A stretch of 50,475 nucleotides of DNA from a virus (taxonomy: Duplodnaviria; Caudoviricetes). Shown piece after piece: positions 38,443 to 47,433 of the stretch. Each line of letters begins with the position of its first letter. Position 1 is the first letter of the stretch. The DNA is taken from the IMG/VR virus record IMGVR_UViG_3300049791_000009, positions 1-50,475 of that record; one strand, written 5' to 3'. The position numbers and the translations under genes were made by a program. The notes under the pieces were generated by a model. The model was not told the origin of the DNA and searched no databases. It saw only the letters and a list, made by a program, of their open reading frames with translations.

Positions 38443-39546
38443 TTAGAAAAGGTCTACATGAGCTGGTACAGGAGGTGCCACTCGGCACTGCTTTGGCTTA
38501 CCCAATAGAGCAGCAAGATCAATAGGAGGGGCATCAAGGCCGATGGCAACTGGCATTACTACTTTCTCCTCAGCCCCTACAAACTCTTTAGGGACGTTCT
38601 GAGCAGGGATGACTACATTACCATTGAGGTAGTCCTTAAAACGGCTTAGGTAGCCTTCTAGGGTGCTTCCTGACAGTCCTGGAGCTGTGTTTACCTCTAG
38701 TACGTAAGCTTTCTGCTCTTTATCGTTGAAGATTACGTCCACAGCACCAAATGCTAAGCCCAAAAGATTCACAGCTTTTACTGCTTGGACAATTACATCA
38801 GGAGGCACAACACCATCTTCGTTCCTAGCAAAGATGAAACCATTGTCGTGGTTACGAATCTTCCAGTTGATGTCATCGTCAGCTACATCCTTACGGCGTG
38901 CCTTACGCTGAATGTCAACAGCCTGCCCACCACATACATGGACTCGGTACTCTTGTTTCTTAGGGACATAGCGAACATACAAAGGGCACTTCTGTAGCCC
39001 CTCTTCACTGTCCGGCTCTACAAGACGTATGCCAGCACCACTATGGCCGTTCAAGATGTGGCGTTCTACGACAGTGAACCCCATGCCCAGCCATGCCCCA
39101 GCCCTCATTCTCTCTGTAGTGAACTCAGGAGTGCGGGCATGCCCAGCCTCTTGTGGGGCTGGCTCCTTAATAAGAACTTCCCCATATCGCCCACGATTAA
39201 TGATGCCAACGAAGTCGTCAGCTACTCCCTCAAATATCTCGTGGTCTGCTCGAAGATCATGGTGACCCTTTGCTGCATATACAGCACGAGTGGTGCGCTT
39301 CCCATCATTCAGCCGCCGGAAGGCCAGCAACTTATCGCTAGCTTGCTTAACAGCTTGTGGAAGATTGAGGATGGTGCATTTAGTCACTTCCTCAGGCAGC
39401 TTACTAGCGCCCCAGTTAATCACCAGCCTGTCCTTAGCTCCTTTGAAACGGCTAGCCTTGTGAGCTATGCGCTTCAAGCCAAGCCCCTCAGCCAGCGCCT
39501 TACAGGACTCAGAAGCTGACAGGTAAGGGTAGATAAACGCTTTCAT
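38443..39546 (-). CDS. ATP-grasp ligase (RimK-like)
   Basis: ASDKL, GHSGAGI, EYRVHV, IRNH..G, FGAVDV, VLEVNTAPG. Confidence 0.9.
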   Translation of the reverse strand: MKAFIYPYLSASESCKALAEGLGLKRIAHKASRFKGAKDRLVINWGASKLPEEVTKCTILNLPQAVKQASDKLLAFRRLNDGKRTTRAVYAAKGHHDLRADHEIFEGVADDFVGIINRGRYGEVLIKEPAPQEAGHARTPEFTTERMRAGAWLGMGFTVVERHILNGHSGAGIRLVEPDSEEGLQKCPLYVRYVPKKQEYRVHVCGGQAVDIQRKARRKDVADDDINWKIRNHDNGFIFARNEDGVVPPDVIVQAVKAVNLLGLAFGAVDVIFNDKEQKAYVLEVNTAPGLSGSTLEGYLSRFKDYLNGNVVIPAQNVPKEFVGAEEKVVMPVAIGLDAPPIDLAALLGKPKQCRVAPPVPAHVDLF

Positions 39547-40433
39547 TAGTAATCCTCCAGCGGCTCGTCAGGGAATTCTGTACCAATTGGGAACTCAAGT
39601 TCGCCAATGATTTTCTTCTCTACTTCATGGTAGTCAGCCCAGTCAACACAATAGGCCACATCTTGTGCTCGTCGCATGCCATCAATCAGCATGTCCTCCA
39701 AGTTTTCACACATGAATAGCTCAGAGTTCTCCCCAAGGGCGTTAATGAGGAACTCTTTAGCTCCCCCATAACTGAATCCTTCAATGATTTTATCAGGACT
39801 TGCATAAGTCTTAGCCACTTCACGCAGGTTGAGCAGCACCTCAGCCCATTTGTAGATTAGGTCAAGGTCACGAGTACCTCGCATAGCACGGAACTCAAGG
39901 CTACCATACGTCCCCAGAGCCTTCACATTCATCGAAGCATAGCGTAGCTGGTCACTCACTAGGTTGTTGAAGAACCTAGTCTCAGCGGACATTGTAAGCT
40001 GTCTCAGCAGGTAGTCTGCATCGCATGTACGGAGACAGAAGAGATTCCCCTCACGGTAAGGGCCACAGAACTTGACCAACACCTCCTCTAAGGTGATGTA
40101 TAGCACCATAAAGTTATACAACTCAATCATGTTCAATTTCTGGACGTTTATGTGTACGTGAACACCAGCTCGTACACTATCATACACCTCAGACTCATGT
40201 TCCTTGTACTGTGCGTCTAAGTACTTGAGGGCTAGGCGAGCCTCCTTGAGCAGCATTGGCTTGGCCAACACATACTCACGAGTCTCAGGACCACGTAGTG
40301 AGCCATCTTCCTCGTTCTTCCAGAACTTCTCACAATAGGGGAGGCGCTCACCCTCCACCTCAATCTCAATACCCACCTCACCATCAGTCTTGAACTTCTT
40401 AGGCAAGTTGAACCATTGCATCACCGTCTTCAT
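39546..40433 (-). CDS. Amidoligase (COOH-NH2 ligase, glutamine-synthetase-like fold)
   Basis: GIEIEVE, DGSLRG..EYV, GVHVHIN, RYASMN, SLEFR. Confidence 0.88.
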   Translation of the reverse strand: MKTVMQWFNLPKKFKTDGEVGIEIEVEGERLPYCEKFWKNEEDGSLRGPETREYVLAKPMLLKEARLALKYLDAQYKEHESEVYDSVRAGVHVHINVQKLNMIELYNFMVLYITLEEVLVKFCGPYREGNLFCLRTCDADYLLRQLTMSAETRFFNNLVSDQLRYASMNVKALGTYGSLEFRAMRGTRDLDLIYKWAEVLLNLREVAKTYASPDKIIEGFSYGGAKEFLINALGENSELFMCENLEDMLIDGMRRAQDVAYCVDWADYHEVEKKIIGELEFPIGTEFPDEPLEDY

Positions 40434-40975
40434 AGCGACTCCTTCAACGCCTCAGTTAGGTACATATAGCGGCTAGTCAGCACTGGTATGCCGTTCTCAA
40501 CAATCCCTACAGGACGCTCACCACCCTTATGGAGCAGCTGCCCATGGGCGTCTATAGCCCAGTGACGGTGCCATGCTACAGACTTAGTCTTCTTTACAAT
40601 TACAAGAGCATCAGTGAACTTGGGGAACTCGTTCAAGATAGTCTTGCGGAGGGCCTCATAGGGAATACGATCAGCGCTGACTGCACCTTGGGAGATGAAG
40701 TTGCCCCTCCGTAGCCCTTGGCGCCAGTCACGGCGCATTGGAACGCGGGAGATATAACAGGCATGTTTGTTAAAGTTGCAATAGCCCAAAGGGACTGGAT
40801 GCAAGTCCAGCTCATCAGCTTGACAAGTTACAGTCTCCTCATCATCAAGGCGGTGACAGGTTACAACCATGCCACGAGTCACCTTATGAATGTATACAGG
40901 CTCCCCTTTGAGCCGGACAATGGTGTCAACTAAGCGACTATGAGCGTAGTCATAGTCATCACCATACATACTCAT
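40430..40975 (-). CDS. Hypothetical protein inside the ligase cluster
   Basis: PLGYCN...[12 protein letters not shown]; start reassigned to MSMYGDD. Confidence 0.75.
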   Translation of the reverse strand: MSMYGDDYDYAHSRLVDTIVRLKGEPVYIHKVTRGMVVTCHRLDDEETVTCQADELDLHPVPLGYCNFNKHACYISRVPMRRDWRQGLRRGNFISQGAVSADRIPYEALRKTILNEFPKFTDALVIVKKTKSVAWHRHWAIDAHGQLLHKGGERPVGIVENGIPVLTSRYMYLTEALKESL

Positions 40976-40977
40976 GA

Positions 40978-41847
40978 TTATGCTACCTGTGCAATTGGAC
41001 GGAAGCCTTGATGGCTCCATTGAGTCCTAACAAAACCAGGGGGAGTTTCGACACCATGTATGTCCATAAGCTGCCGGATAGTGCCAAGATTAGGCTTCTT
41101 CTCGGCCATAAGACGCTTCACCAAAGCAACATGCTGGTGGAAGGCAGCCTTGCCCTCAAACAAGTCATTGATGGCCTTAGTGGTGGTACGATATACCCAC
41201 GCCATAAGCTCTTCAGACTGCAACCAAGCGTTGCTTAGAACACGGTACTCAACCCCATAAGGCTTAGGACGAAACGCCCCAGCAGCACCATACATAGTGC
41301 GGCGCTTAGTGTCAGCATCGTACACCAAAGACCCAAGACCAAGATAATAATCCAACTGCTTTGTTGCCATAATACAAGCTTCCATATGGCCGGGGTCATT
41401 AATATCAACATCATTAGTCCAACCAATATGTACATGACCTGCTCCAGTACGGAAGTTAACATCACCATTAGGGCGAGGGTTAGCTTGTCCCCCATTCCAT
41501 GCACAGAAGTCAGGCTCACAGCCCAGCTCCAATGCTTCCTTAGGTTGCTTAGCCATGATGGCCTTAGTGAAGGACGCCACAGGAGTGGCTACCAGCTCAT
41601 AGTTAGGCACCATGCCAGCCATGATCTTCATGACACCAGTGATGTTTTCTACGAACTCACGCTCATTCTTAGCTGGATCAATATTGAATTCAAGGGCCAT
41701 GCCGTCTACTTGGACAGCACCTTGATGAACTTTATGGGGGTTTTTCTTGTCGCCTTGGACAAGACCATGTGCCGATTGAAGTTGTTTCTGACCAATCTTA
41801 CGAACAAAAACCTCAGGATCGGCACCTACGAGAATGTTCAAGCTCAT
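40978..41847 (-). CDS. phiEco32-like COOH-NH2 ligase type 2
   Basis: VGADPEVF, DGMALEFN, GCEPDF, RTGAGHVHIG, YGAAGAFRPKPYGVEYRVLSN. Confidence 0.92.
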   Translation of the reverse strand: MSLNILVGADPEVFVRKIGQKQLQSAHGLVQGDKKNPHKVHQGAVQVDGMALEFNIDPAKNEREFVENITGVMKIMAGMVPNYELVATPVASFTKAIMAKQPKEALELGCEPDFCAWNGGQANPRPNGDVNFRTGAGHVHIGWTNDVDINDPGHMEACIMATKQLDYYLGLGSLVYDADTKRRTMYGAAGAFRPKPYGVEYRVLSNAWLQSEELMAWVYRTTTKAINDLFEGKAAFHQHVALVKRLMAEKKPNLGTIRQLMDIHGVETPPGFVRTQWSHQGFRPIAQVA

Positions 41848-41858
41848 GATGTTACCTC

Positions 41859-43223
41859 TTAGTGTTTAACTGTGCCAAGGCTAACAGCCTTAACAATAAA
41901 ATCCTTCACAACTGGGAGATCCTTACAGTCTCCACAGATGAAGTTAGCTTTGTCCAACCAGATGAGGTCTTCACTTTCCTCAATGGTTGGGATGGTTTTA
42001 CAGTTGCCACAGCCACAATTCACAAGAGCTTCATAGTCTTCTTCAGAGACAATCTGACCACCAAACACTACAGCCTGCTCTGTGTCATCTTCCTCGCTAA
42101 TATCAATGGTCTTAGTCTCCTCAATACTACGAGGATCTAGTGTGCACCATGTATCGTTCCCTACAGTAGCGAAGCCACGAATTCTGCCCTTAAAGAAGAA
42201 GACAGAGTTCATCATCCATTGAATCACCGCCGGATCAGCAGTGTACAGACGCAGTTCAATGTTGCAGTTATCTTGTGTAGGGCAGCATGACACCCACTGT
42301 TGACCAGTGTTGTCACTAGTCGCGAGGGACGAGACGAAGAACTCGACTTCCCCCTGATTGATGAGGTCTGCTGGGGTAATTTTTTTTTGATTGGTCGAGG
42401 GCTTTCCCACAACACTCTCTCTCGCCTTGTCAAAGACAGAGTTGTTAGCTACAGACTTACCATTCCCACCAGAATTTGTGTGGGTAGGGCTGCCCTGCTT
42501 TACGACAGTTTTCCATTTGTGTAGCTCAAGCTCTCGTACCTTAACTTCTTTGAAAGCTTTAGGGGCATAAGTTAGCTCAATTGGGTAGGAATACAGCTCT
42601 CCAGGCTTAGGCTCATATAAGTCACGGTGCTTGATACCGGCCAGCTTTAATGTAACTTCCAACATCCAAGGCTCAGATGCCCAGAACACTGTGCGCTTAT
42701 CTTCAGACTCAGCCAGCCACAAAGGACGTTCATCATTGCGGATGAAGTTCATTGTCTCTTGTTCAGAGTCATACCATGTAAGGGCAAATGCCCCACAAGT
42801 GTTCTTGATAGTCTCATCTACACCAACCTTAGCAATTGAGTAGAAGATGTTGTCGCTATCAACCTCGAACTCTTTGTGGTCAATCAGCAACTGCTGACTA
42901 CGTAGAGTGCCATTGTGAGCGCCAATGATGTGGTCATGTTCAAATGGGTGAGCGTTACGAGTATTAATCTTACCCTTCGTAGCCCAGCGGTTATGCCCCA
43001 TAAGCACACAAAGGCTTCCGTGCATTACGCTATCAAACGACTTCAGATCGTATAGATTCCAGGGGGTCCCGACAGTCTTTGCAATGTCCGTAAGGCCAGC
43101 TTGGTTCACTGACATAACACCAGTGGAGTGTGGGCCCCTGATGGTATCAATCTCCAACAAACGCTTGAAGACAGCCTCTTCTTTTTGGCTAATATAGCCC
43201 GCACAACCAACCATTCCGCAGAT
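41859..43223 (-). CDS. Class II (Ntn) glutamine amidotransferase with C-terminal Cys cluster; probable ATC start
   Basis: CGMVG, RGPHSTG, GHNRWAT, NAHPF, HNGT, VDSD, WASE; GGAGG 7-8 nt before ATC-TGC. Confidence 0.9.
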   Translation of the reverse strand: MCGMVGCAGYISQKEEAVFKRLLEIDTIRGPHSTGVMSVNQAGLTDIAKTVGTPWNLYDLKSFDSVMHGSLCVLMGHNRWATKGKINTRNAHPFEHDHIIGAHNGTLRSQQLLIDHKEFEVDSDNIFYSIAKVGVDETIKNTCGAFALTWYDSEQETMNFIRNDERPLWLAESEDKRTVFWASEPWMLEVTLKLAGIKHRDLYEPKPGELYSYPIELTYAPKAFKEVKVRELELHKWKTVVKQGSPTHTNSGGNGKSVANNSVFDKARESVVGKPSTNQKKITPADLINQGEVEFFVSSLATSDNTGQQWVSCCPTQDNCNIELRLYTADPAVIQWMMNSVFFFKGRIRGFATVGNDTWCTLDPRSIEETKTIDISEEDDTEQAVVFGGQIVSEEDYEALVNCGCGNCKTIPTIEESEDLIWLDKANFICGDCKDLPVVKDFIVKAVSLGTVKH

Positions 43224-43255
43224 GATGCTACCCTCCAGCCCATTGGCTAAATTAT

Positions 43256-43291
43256 TTTCTAAGGTTTATTCAGAGCTTGAGTATTTGCTTA
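43256..43291 (-). promoter_or_regulatory. Conserved middle-type motif, copy 4
   Basis: TAAGCAAATACT-N15-CCTTAGAAA. Confidence 0.7.
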
Positions 43292-43305
43292 CAGCGGCTA
43301 TATGC

Positions 43306-43932
43306 TTACGCACGGAGCCCGTGACAGCGTTCAATCAGCTCGAAGTAGTATTGAAAACACTCGTGCTCAGGGCCAAAAAATTCGGGGTGTGGCTGGTAAC
43401 ACAGAGCTTTAGTGTCCGCATAGTACACTGCCTCAGTGTCAGGTTCCTCGCCGTCAGTATTGGACTTACACTCAAAAGTTTCTCGCCGGCTAGCCTCATT
43501 AGCGTATGCCAGGATTTCCCCAGACCTACTAGCAATCATCATCTGGTGGTGTGTAGAGCTAACAACCACCTCTCGCTCAGTCCGTATGTCATATAGCGTA
43601 TGATTATGTCCTGTAGCGTGCCCATCAACATGCTGGTACATCTTGCCGCCAGACATGACATTAAGGAACTGGCCACCACGACATATGCCAGCCATAGGTA
43701 TGCCCATGCGCTTAGCAGTGGCAAAGTAGCCAGCCTCATATAAGTCACGCTCGAATGAGTTCCCAGTGTATGGGTGTTTCCCCTCACCATATAGAGCCGG
43801 AGTAACGTCCTCACCACCAGTGAATTGAATTAGGTCAGCCTTAAGCGGGCCTTTAGCTAGCTCCCATCCAGCATTAAGGAACATCTGGCCATAGTTCTGA
43901 CCATTACCCCCTACAATATAAACCTTAGGCAT
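43306..43932 (-). CDS. Class I glutamine amidotransferase / peptidase C26 (gamma-glutamyl hydrolase-like)
   Basis: FTGGEDV.P.LYG, GICRGGQ (nucleophile Cys), STHHQ, QPHPE. Confidence 0.92.
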   Translation of the reverse strand: MPKVYIVGGNGQNYGQMFLNAGWELAKGPLKADLIQFTGGEDVTPALYGEGKHPYTGNSFERDLYEAGYFATAKRMGIPMAGICRGGQFLNVMSGGKMYQHVDGHATGHNHTLYDIRTEREVVVSSTHHQMMIASRSGEILAYANEASRRETFECKSNTDGEEPDTEAVYYADTKALCYQPHPEFFGPEHECFQYYFELIERCHGLRA

Positions 43933-44860
43933 AAATCTTCTCCATTAGGTGGTCTTTAGCCCATGTTGCCATCACTTCAATAGCCTTGGCGTAGGTTGTG
44001 CTGCTATCATCATCCACCTTCTTAGCAGCTAAGAATGGATTAAGGCTAGGAGAGGCAGCTTGCTCTTTGTACAAGTGCTTAGGGAAGTTCTCCCTGATGT
44101 AATGGTAAACACTACCCCCAATATGCTCCCCATACATGTAATCGTAGCCAGTGTAGTTACCACCTTCAGAGTAGTTGGAGTTAAGGTTCTTTGGAGTGTG
44201 GTCAAGGAACCTACGTAAGTTCTCCCAACCAAATGCTGCTGGGTTTATAGAACAATGACCAGACTGACAGTTATCCCAAGAGGCGCTGTCATCTGCACTG
44301 GCATTATTCTTAGTGCGCATTAGGTGTCCTAGATAGAAGGCTAAGTCTTCATTAACCCCCTGCCTAGCTAAGTCATAGGCTGCCTGAGCTACAAAGACAT
44401 ACTCCCAAAGGCGCCTGAGAGCCACTAGGCCAGCTCCTACGAGGTTACCTGGATGGTCACCACTGACTACAGTCACACGTCCCGCCAGTGCCTTCTCAGC
44501 GTCCTTCTCGATGAAGATTTGACTATAGGGAGAGCGATTAAGTATGTAGTCAACAAACCATAGCTCAATTTCAGGGCGCAATACACGGCCAGGGTTAGTG
44601 CCATAGGCAGTGCCAATCATAAGCCCGTTGATAATAACCTTCACATTATGACGGCCTCGAAGGCTAGCATGGCATACATGGTTATCCACTCCCCCAACCC
44701 TCCCATCTTTGTCAATGAACAGACAACCAGCGTTCTGTTTCCACCTAACTCCTTCGAGGAAAGCTGCCTTAGCTCTTACTATCACCTCAGAAAAGTCTAC
44801 AACCTTTTCAACCAGTTCTTCAGTCATTTTCTCGGCGGCTAGTCGTTGTGAGAAAGCCAT
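43925..44860 (-). CDS. Hypothetical protein coupled to the class I amidotransferase
   Basis: GGAGG RBS before MAFSQRL; 311 aa; overlaps the next gene. Confidence 0.8.
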   Translation of the reverse strand: MAFSQRLAAEKMTEELVEKVVDFSEVIVRAKAAFLEGVRWKQNAGCLFIDKDGRVGGVDNHVCHASLRGRHNVKVIINGLMIGTAYGTNPGRVLRPEIELWFVDYILNRSPYSQIFIEKDAEKALAGRVTVVSGDHPGNLVGAGLVALRRLWEYVFVAQAAYDLARQGVNEDLAFYLGHLMRTKNNASADDSASWDNCQSGHCSINPAAFGWENLRRFLDHTPKNLNSNYSEGGNYTGYDYMYGEHIGGSVYHYIRENFPKHLYKEQAASPSLNPFLAAKKVDDDSSTTYAKAIEVMATWAKDHLMEKIYA

Positions 44861-45033
44861 CAGAGCACCTCCACTATATGCCCAGTTATCCAAGCCCCAT
44901 TAAAGCCTAGGTTCATAGCGTCAAAGTTAGCCACCCGTACAGCGTTCTCAGCGTCAGTTGCATACACAACAAACGAGCGCTCAACATATGGGGCTATGAA
45001 CTTGACCGTCACCTTGTATTGCCTATGCTTCAT
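44860..45033 (-). CDS. Hypothetical protein, 57 aa
   Basis: MKHRQYKVTVKF...IVEVL; overlapping start/stop codons at both ends. Confidence 0.7.
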   Translation of the reverse strand: MKHRQYKVTVKFIAPYVERSFVVYATDAENAVRVANFDAMNLGFNGAWITGHIVEVL

Positions 45034-45233
45034 GACAGCTTACTCGCTGGTGACCAATACACGGGGAAGAAAACAGCTAACGACCACACAACATGGCGAT
45101 CCACTAAGCTCCAGTCCCCAAGGTACATTAGGTACGCCAGCACTTTCCCATCCACAGCATCAGTAGTTCCCGGCAAGCGCTCTCTGGAGTCTATAGGACG
45201 GTGTTTAATACGTTTGATGCGGTAGTTGGCCAT
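45030..45233 (-). CDS. Hypothetical protein
   Basis: 67 aa, AGGAG RBS. Confidence 0.65.
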   Translation of the reverse strand: MANYRIKRIKHRPIDSRERLPGTTDAVDGKVLAYLMYLGDWSLVDRHVVWSLAVFFPVYWSPASKLS

Positions 45234-45299
45234 ACAATGCTCCTATAAGCTCCTGTGAGCTCGTCTAAGAGGTTTTAGATATACAGGCTAGGCCAGTGC

Positions 45300-45614
45300 C
45301 TAGGTCTGATGAGTTAAGAGCTTAGGCGAGCTTAGAGACGCCATTAGGTCTGTGAAGCCAAACTCGCCGGGGATGTGTTTCTTACGCAAAGCTGACTCAT
45401 TCCAGAGAGCAGGTCCCTTGTGGACGCCATGGGGGATTGGCTCATCAGCCCCTTCTAACCTATATGTGACGTCAGTAACCCTGTACGGGAAACTATCAAC
45501 CACTATATGACCTGGAGGAATCCACACAGCACTCACTGTATACTCGCCATTACGCTCAGGGAGTTCTACGCTTTGAAGAACAACCACTTCACCTACGCTA
45601 AACTTAGGTTGCAT
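45300..45614 (-). CDS. Hypothetical protein (SH3-like start)
   Basis: PKFSVGEVVVL...W.ESALRKKH; follows motif copy 3. Confidence 0.7.
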   Translation of the reverse strand: MQPKFSVGEVVVLQSVELPERNGEYTVSAVWIPPGHIVVDSFPYRVTDVTYRLEGADEPIPHGVHKGPALWNESALRKKHIPGEFGFTDLMASLSSPKLLTHQT

Positions 45615-45631
45615 TGGAGTCACCAAAAGTT

Positions 45632-45667
45632 TTTCTAATGTTAATCTGAGTGGCTAGTATTTGCTTA
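45632..45667 (-). promoter_or_regulatory. Conserved middle-type motif, copy 3
   Basis: TAAGCAAATACT-N15-CATTAGAAA. Confidence 0.7.
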
Positions 45668-45931
45668 CGCCCCTACATAGACCAGTTCCGTTGGGCCAAA
45701 CAAAAATGGACTTGCCCGTTCCTGCTCTTTCTGGAACTTGTAGAACGCTGTAGGAGTGGACATAAATCCGGCTCTGAACTCCTTACAGTTCCGGTAGACA
45801 GTAGCCTCTAGGGGGCTGTCAATACGCTCAAAGTCCAGATTATCTAACCCTTCACGGCCATACCGCCACTCTCCGTCCACGCTTTCATAACGCACAATGA
45901 ACGGGTAACGCACTCTTTTCATTCTTTTCAT
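45665..45931 (-). CDS. Hypothetical protein
   Basis: 88 aa, GAGGTG RBS. Confidence 0.7.
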   Translation of the reverse strand: MKRMKRVRYPFIVRYESVDGEWRYGREGLDNLDFERIDSPLEATVYRNCKEFRAGFMSTPTAFYKFQKEQERASPFLFGPTELVYVGA

Positions 45932-45948
45932 CTTATTTACACCTCAGT

Positions 45949-46150
45949 TGTAGACTTTCCTCTCAGATATAAGTATATACTAGTAAAAACTGTATAGTAC
46001 TAGAGAGTCATAATAGTGAGTGAAACGAACATTATCTTGATTAAGAAACATATAAGAATATAAAGCATATAAGAGTATATAAAAGATTACGCGTTTAGGA
46101 ACTTGTCGTCGAAGACGACGTTTAGCAGTATACTAGAAGTACCTAATGCA
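45949..46150. other. AT-rich non-coding region, candidate replication origin
   Basis: Tandem CATATAAGA repeats, AGTATATACT palindrome, GTCGTC-GAA-GACGAC hairpin; no ORF. Confidence 0.45.
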
Positions 46151-46155
46151 AATTG

Positions 46156-46290
46156 TTAAGCGTACTTACGACGATAGTAGTCAGCCTGTCCTAGCGCTTC
46201 ATTCTTTGTTTCAGCGGTTGATAGGAGCTTCCCATTGCACATAACCCACCAGCATATCCTGGCTGGGCTCCTTACTACTTCAAAGTTCAT
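46156..46290 (-). CDS. Hypothetical protein, 44 aa
   Basis: MNFEVVRSPARICWWVMCNG...RRKYA; overlaps the upstream micro-ORF. Confidence 0.55.
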   Translation of the reverse strand: MNFEVVRSPARICWWVMCNGKLLSTAETKNEALGQADYYRRKYA

Positions 46291-46372
46291 AGTCGTCAAA
46301 CCATAGAGAGCAAGTGAGTACAATGGTCACTAACAGGACCACACCGACTAGAAAGAGCTGTAAGTTATTCAT
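46280..46372 (-). CDS. Single-TM micro-protein, 30 aa
   Basis: MNNLQLFLVGVVLLVTIVLTCSLWFDDYEL; AAGGA RBS. Confidence 0.6.
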   Translation of the reverse strand: MNNLQLFLVGVVLLVTIVLTCSLWFDDYEL

Positions 46373-46569
46373 TGCGTAAGTTCCTTAGGAGCTTGTTCTA
46401 ACCAGCGTTCCATGAATGTTGGCGTGGTTACCCGTTTGATGGCATGAGTACATACATACTTACCACCTATAGAGCGCTGTATGCTCGTGTAGAGCCCGTG
46501 ACCAGCTAACTGGTACTGGAGGCACACGGCATTGATTACAGAGCTACAAGCGTAGCTAGGCTTACTCAT
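46369..46569 (-). CDS. Hypothetical protein
   Basis: GAGGTG RBS before MSKPSY. Confidence 0.65.
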   Translation of the reverse strand: MSKPSYACSSVINAVCLQYQLAGHGLYTSIQRSIGGKYVCTHAIKRVTTPTFMERWLEQAPKELTQ

Positions 46570-46780
46570 GTAGCACCTCAACATTATCAGACCACACAAT
46601 ACCAGCTGCCTCAAACTCAAGTAGCAGGTCATTGAGACAATCAATTCGTACAGACAACATAAGGGCCAACTCTGAGCCCTTTGCTTGTTTATTGAGCGCC
46701 AAGTTAGCTATAGCTCGTTGCTGTAGTAGGATGGTATGCACTTGGCATAAGTCACTATGTACCTCAGACATGACGCTCAT
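46562..46780 (-). CDS. Hypothetical protein
   Basis: 72 aa, AGGAG RBS. Confidence 0.7.
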   Translation of the reverse strand: MSVMSEVHSDLCQVHTILLQQRAIANLALNKQAKGSELALMLSVRIDCLNDLLLEFEAAGIVWSDNVEVLHE

Positions 46781-46795
46781 GGCAATAACTCCTAG

Positions 46796-46912
46796 TTAGT
46801 TAGTTCCTACCCGTTGACCGTTCCGTTGACGCTGTTCACGACGTTGACGCTCATAACGGTTGCCCTTGCAAGCTTTGCGGTTTGCTTCTTGACGGGCGGC
46901 TTTATGGTTCAT
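46796..46912 (-). CDS. Arg/Gln-rich micro-protein, 38 aa
   Basis: MNHKAARQEANRKACKGNRYERQRREQRQRNGQRVGTN; GGGAG RBS; first gene after motif copy 2. Confidence 0.7.
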   Translation of the reverse strand: MNHKAARQEANRKACKGNRYERQRREQRQRNGQRVGTN

Positions 46913-46944
46913 GGTGTATCTCCCACTTGGTTTATCGAAAATAG

Positions 46945-46980
46945 TTTCTAGTGTTAACGTGAGCGGCTAGCATTTGCTTA
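46945..46980 (-). promoter_or_regulatory. Conserved middle-type motif, copy 2
   Basis: TAAGCAAATGCT-N15-CACTAGAAA. Confidence 0.7.
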
Positions 46981-46989
46981 GCCCTGGCC

Positions 46990-47133
46990 TTACAGGTTCT
47001 TCACGAAGTCAGAAGCTGGATAGCCTGGCACTTCATCAGACCATGTACGGTGATACTCGATAGTCTTAGTTACCTTTGGATTAAATGCACGATACATACC
47101 TTGAACAGCGAACATCAATGCAAAGATAGCCAT
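46990..47133 (-). CDS. Hypothetical protein, 47 aa
   Basis: MAIFALMFAVQG...FVKNL; GGAGGT RBS. Confidence 0.65.
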   Translation of the reverse strand: MAIFALMFAVQGMYRAFNPKVTKTIEYHRTWSDEVPGYPASDFVKNL

Positions 47134-47134
47134 G

Positions 47135-47200
47135 TCACACCTCCCACGCACAATAAGCAAGCACACCAAAGATTACAGCGGACAAGATGATAAAAGTCAT
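47135..47200 (-). CDS. Single-TM micro-protein, 21 aa
   Basis: MTFIILSAVIFGVLAYCAWEV; ATGA overlap; fills the gap. Confidence 0.5.
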   Translation of the reverse strand: MTFIILSAVIFGVLAYCAWEV

Positions 47201-47433
47201 ATCGTTAACCCCTGATCGAATACACATTTATTGAACATAGCTTCAATTTGTTTAGAGTCTATGCCTGCTATGAGAGCAGCTATAGCGCATTGCTCAGCTA
47301 CAGCATTGTTATAGGCGCCCCACCTACCATCGTGTAGAGGTTGAGGTTGTGTGACGTTAGCGCACCCATGCATACATACAACGAAGAACATAGCGCTCGA
47401 CATATACATAACATTGAATGCAAGTTTCATCAC
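47197..47433 (-). CDS. Possible lipoprotein
   Basis: Hydrophobic N-terminus ending in a lipobox-like MHGC. Confidence 0.55.
   Translation of the reverse strand: MMKLAFNVMYMSSAMFFVVCMHGCANVTQPQPLHDGRWGAYNNAVAEQCAIAALIAGIDSKQIEAMFNKCVFDQGLTI

Noticed and set aside
47197-47433. Lipoprotein as an o-spanin or u-spanin
   Set aside because: It lies in the early region far from the lysis cassette, has an atypical lipobox, and lacks a clear C-terminal TM segment
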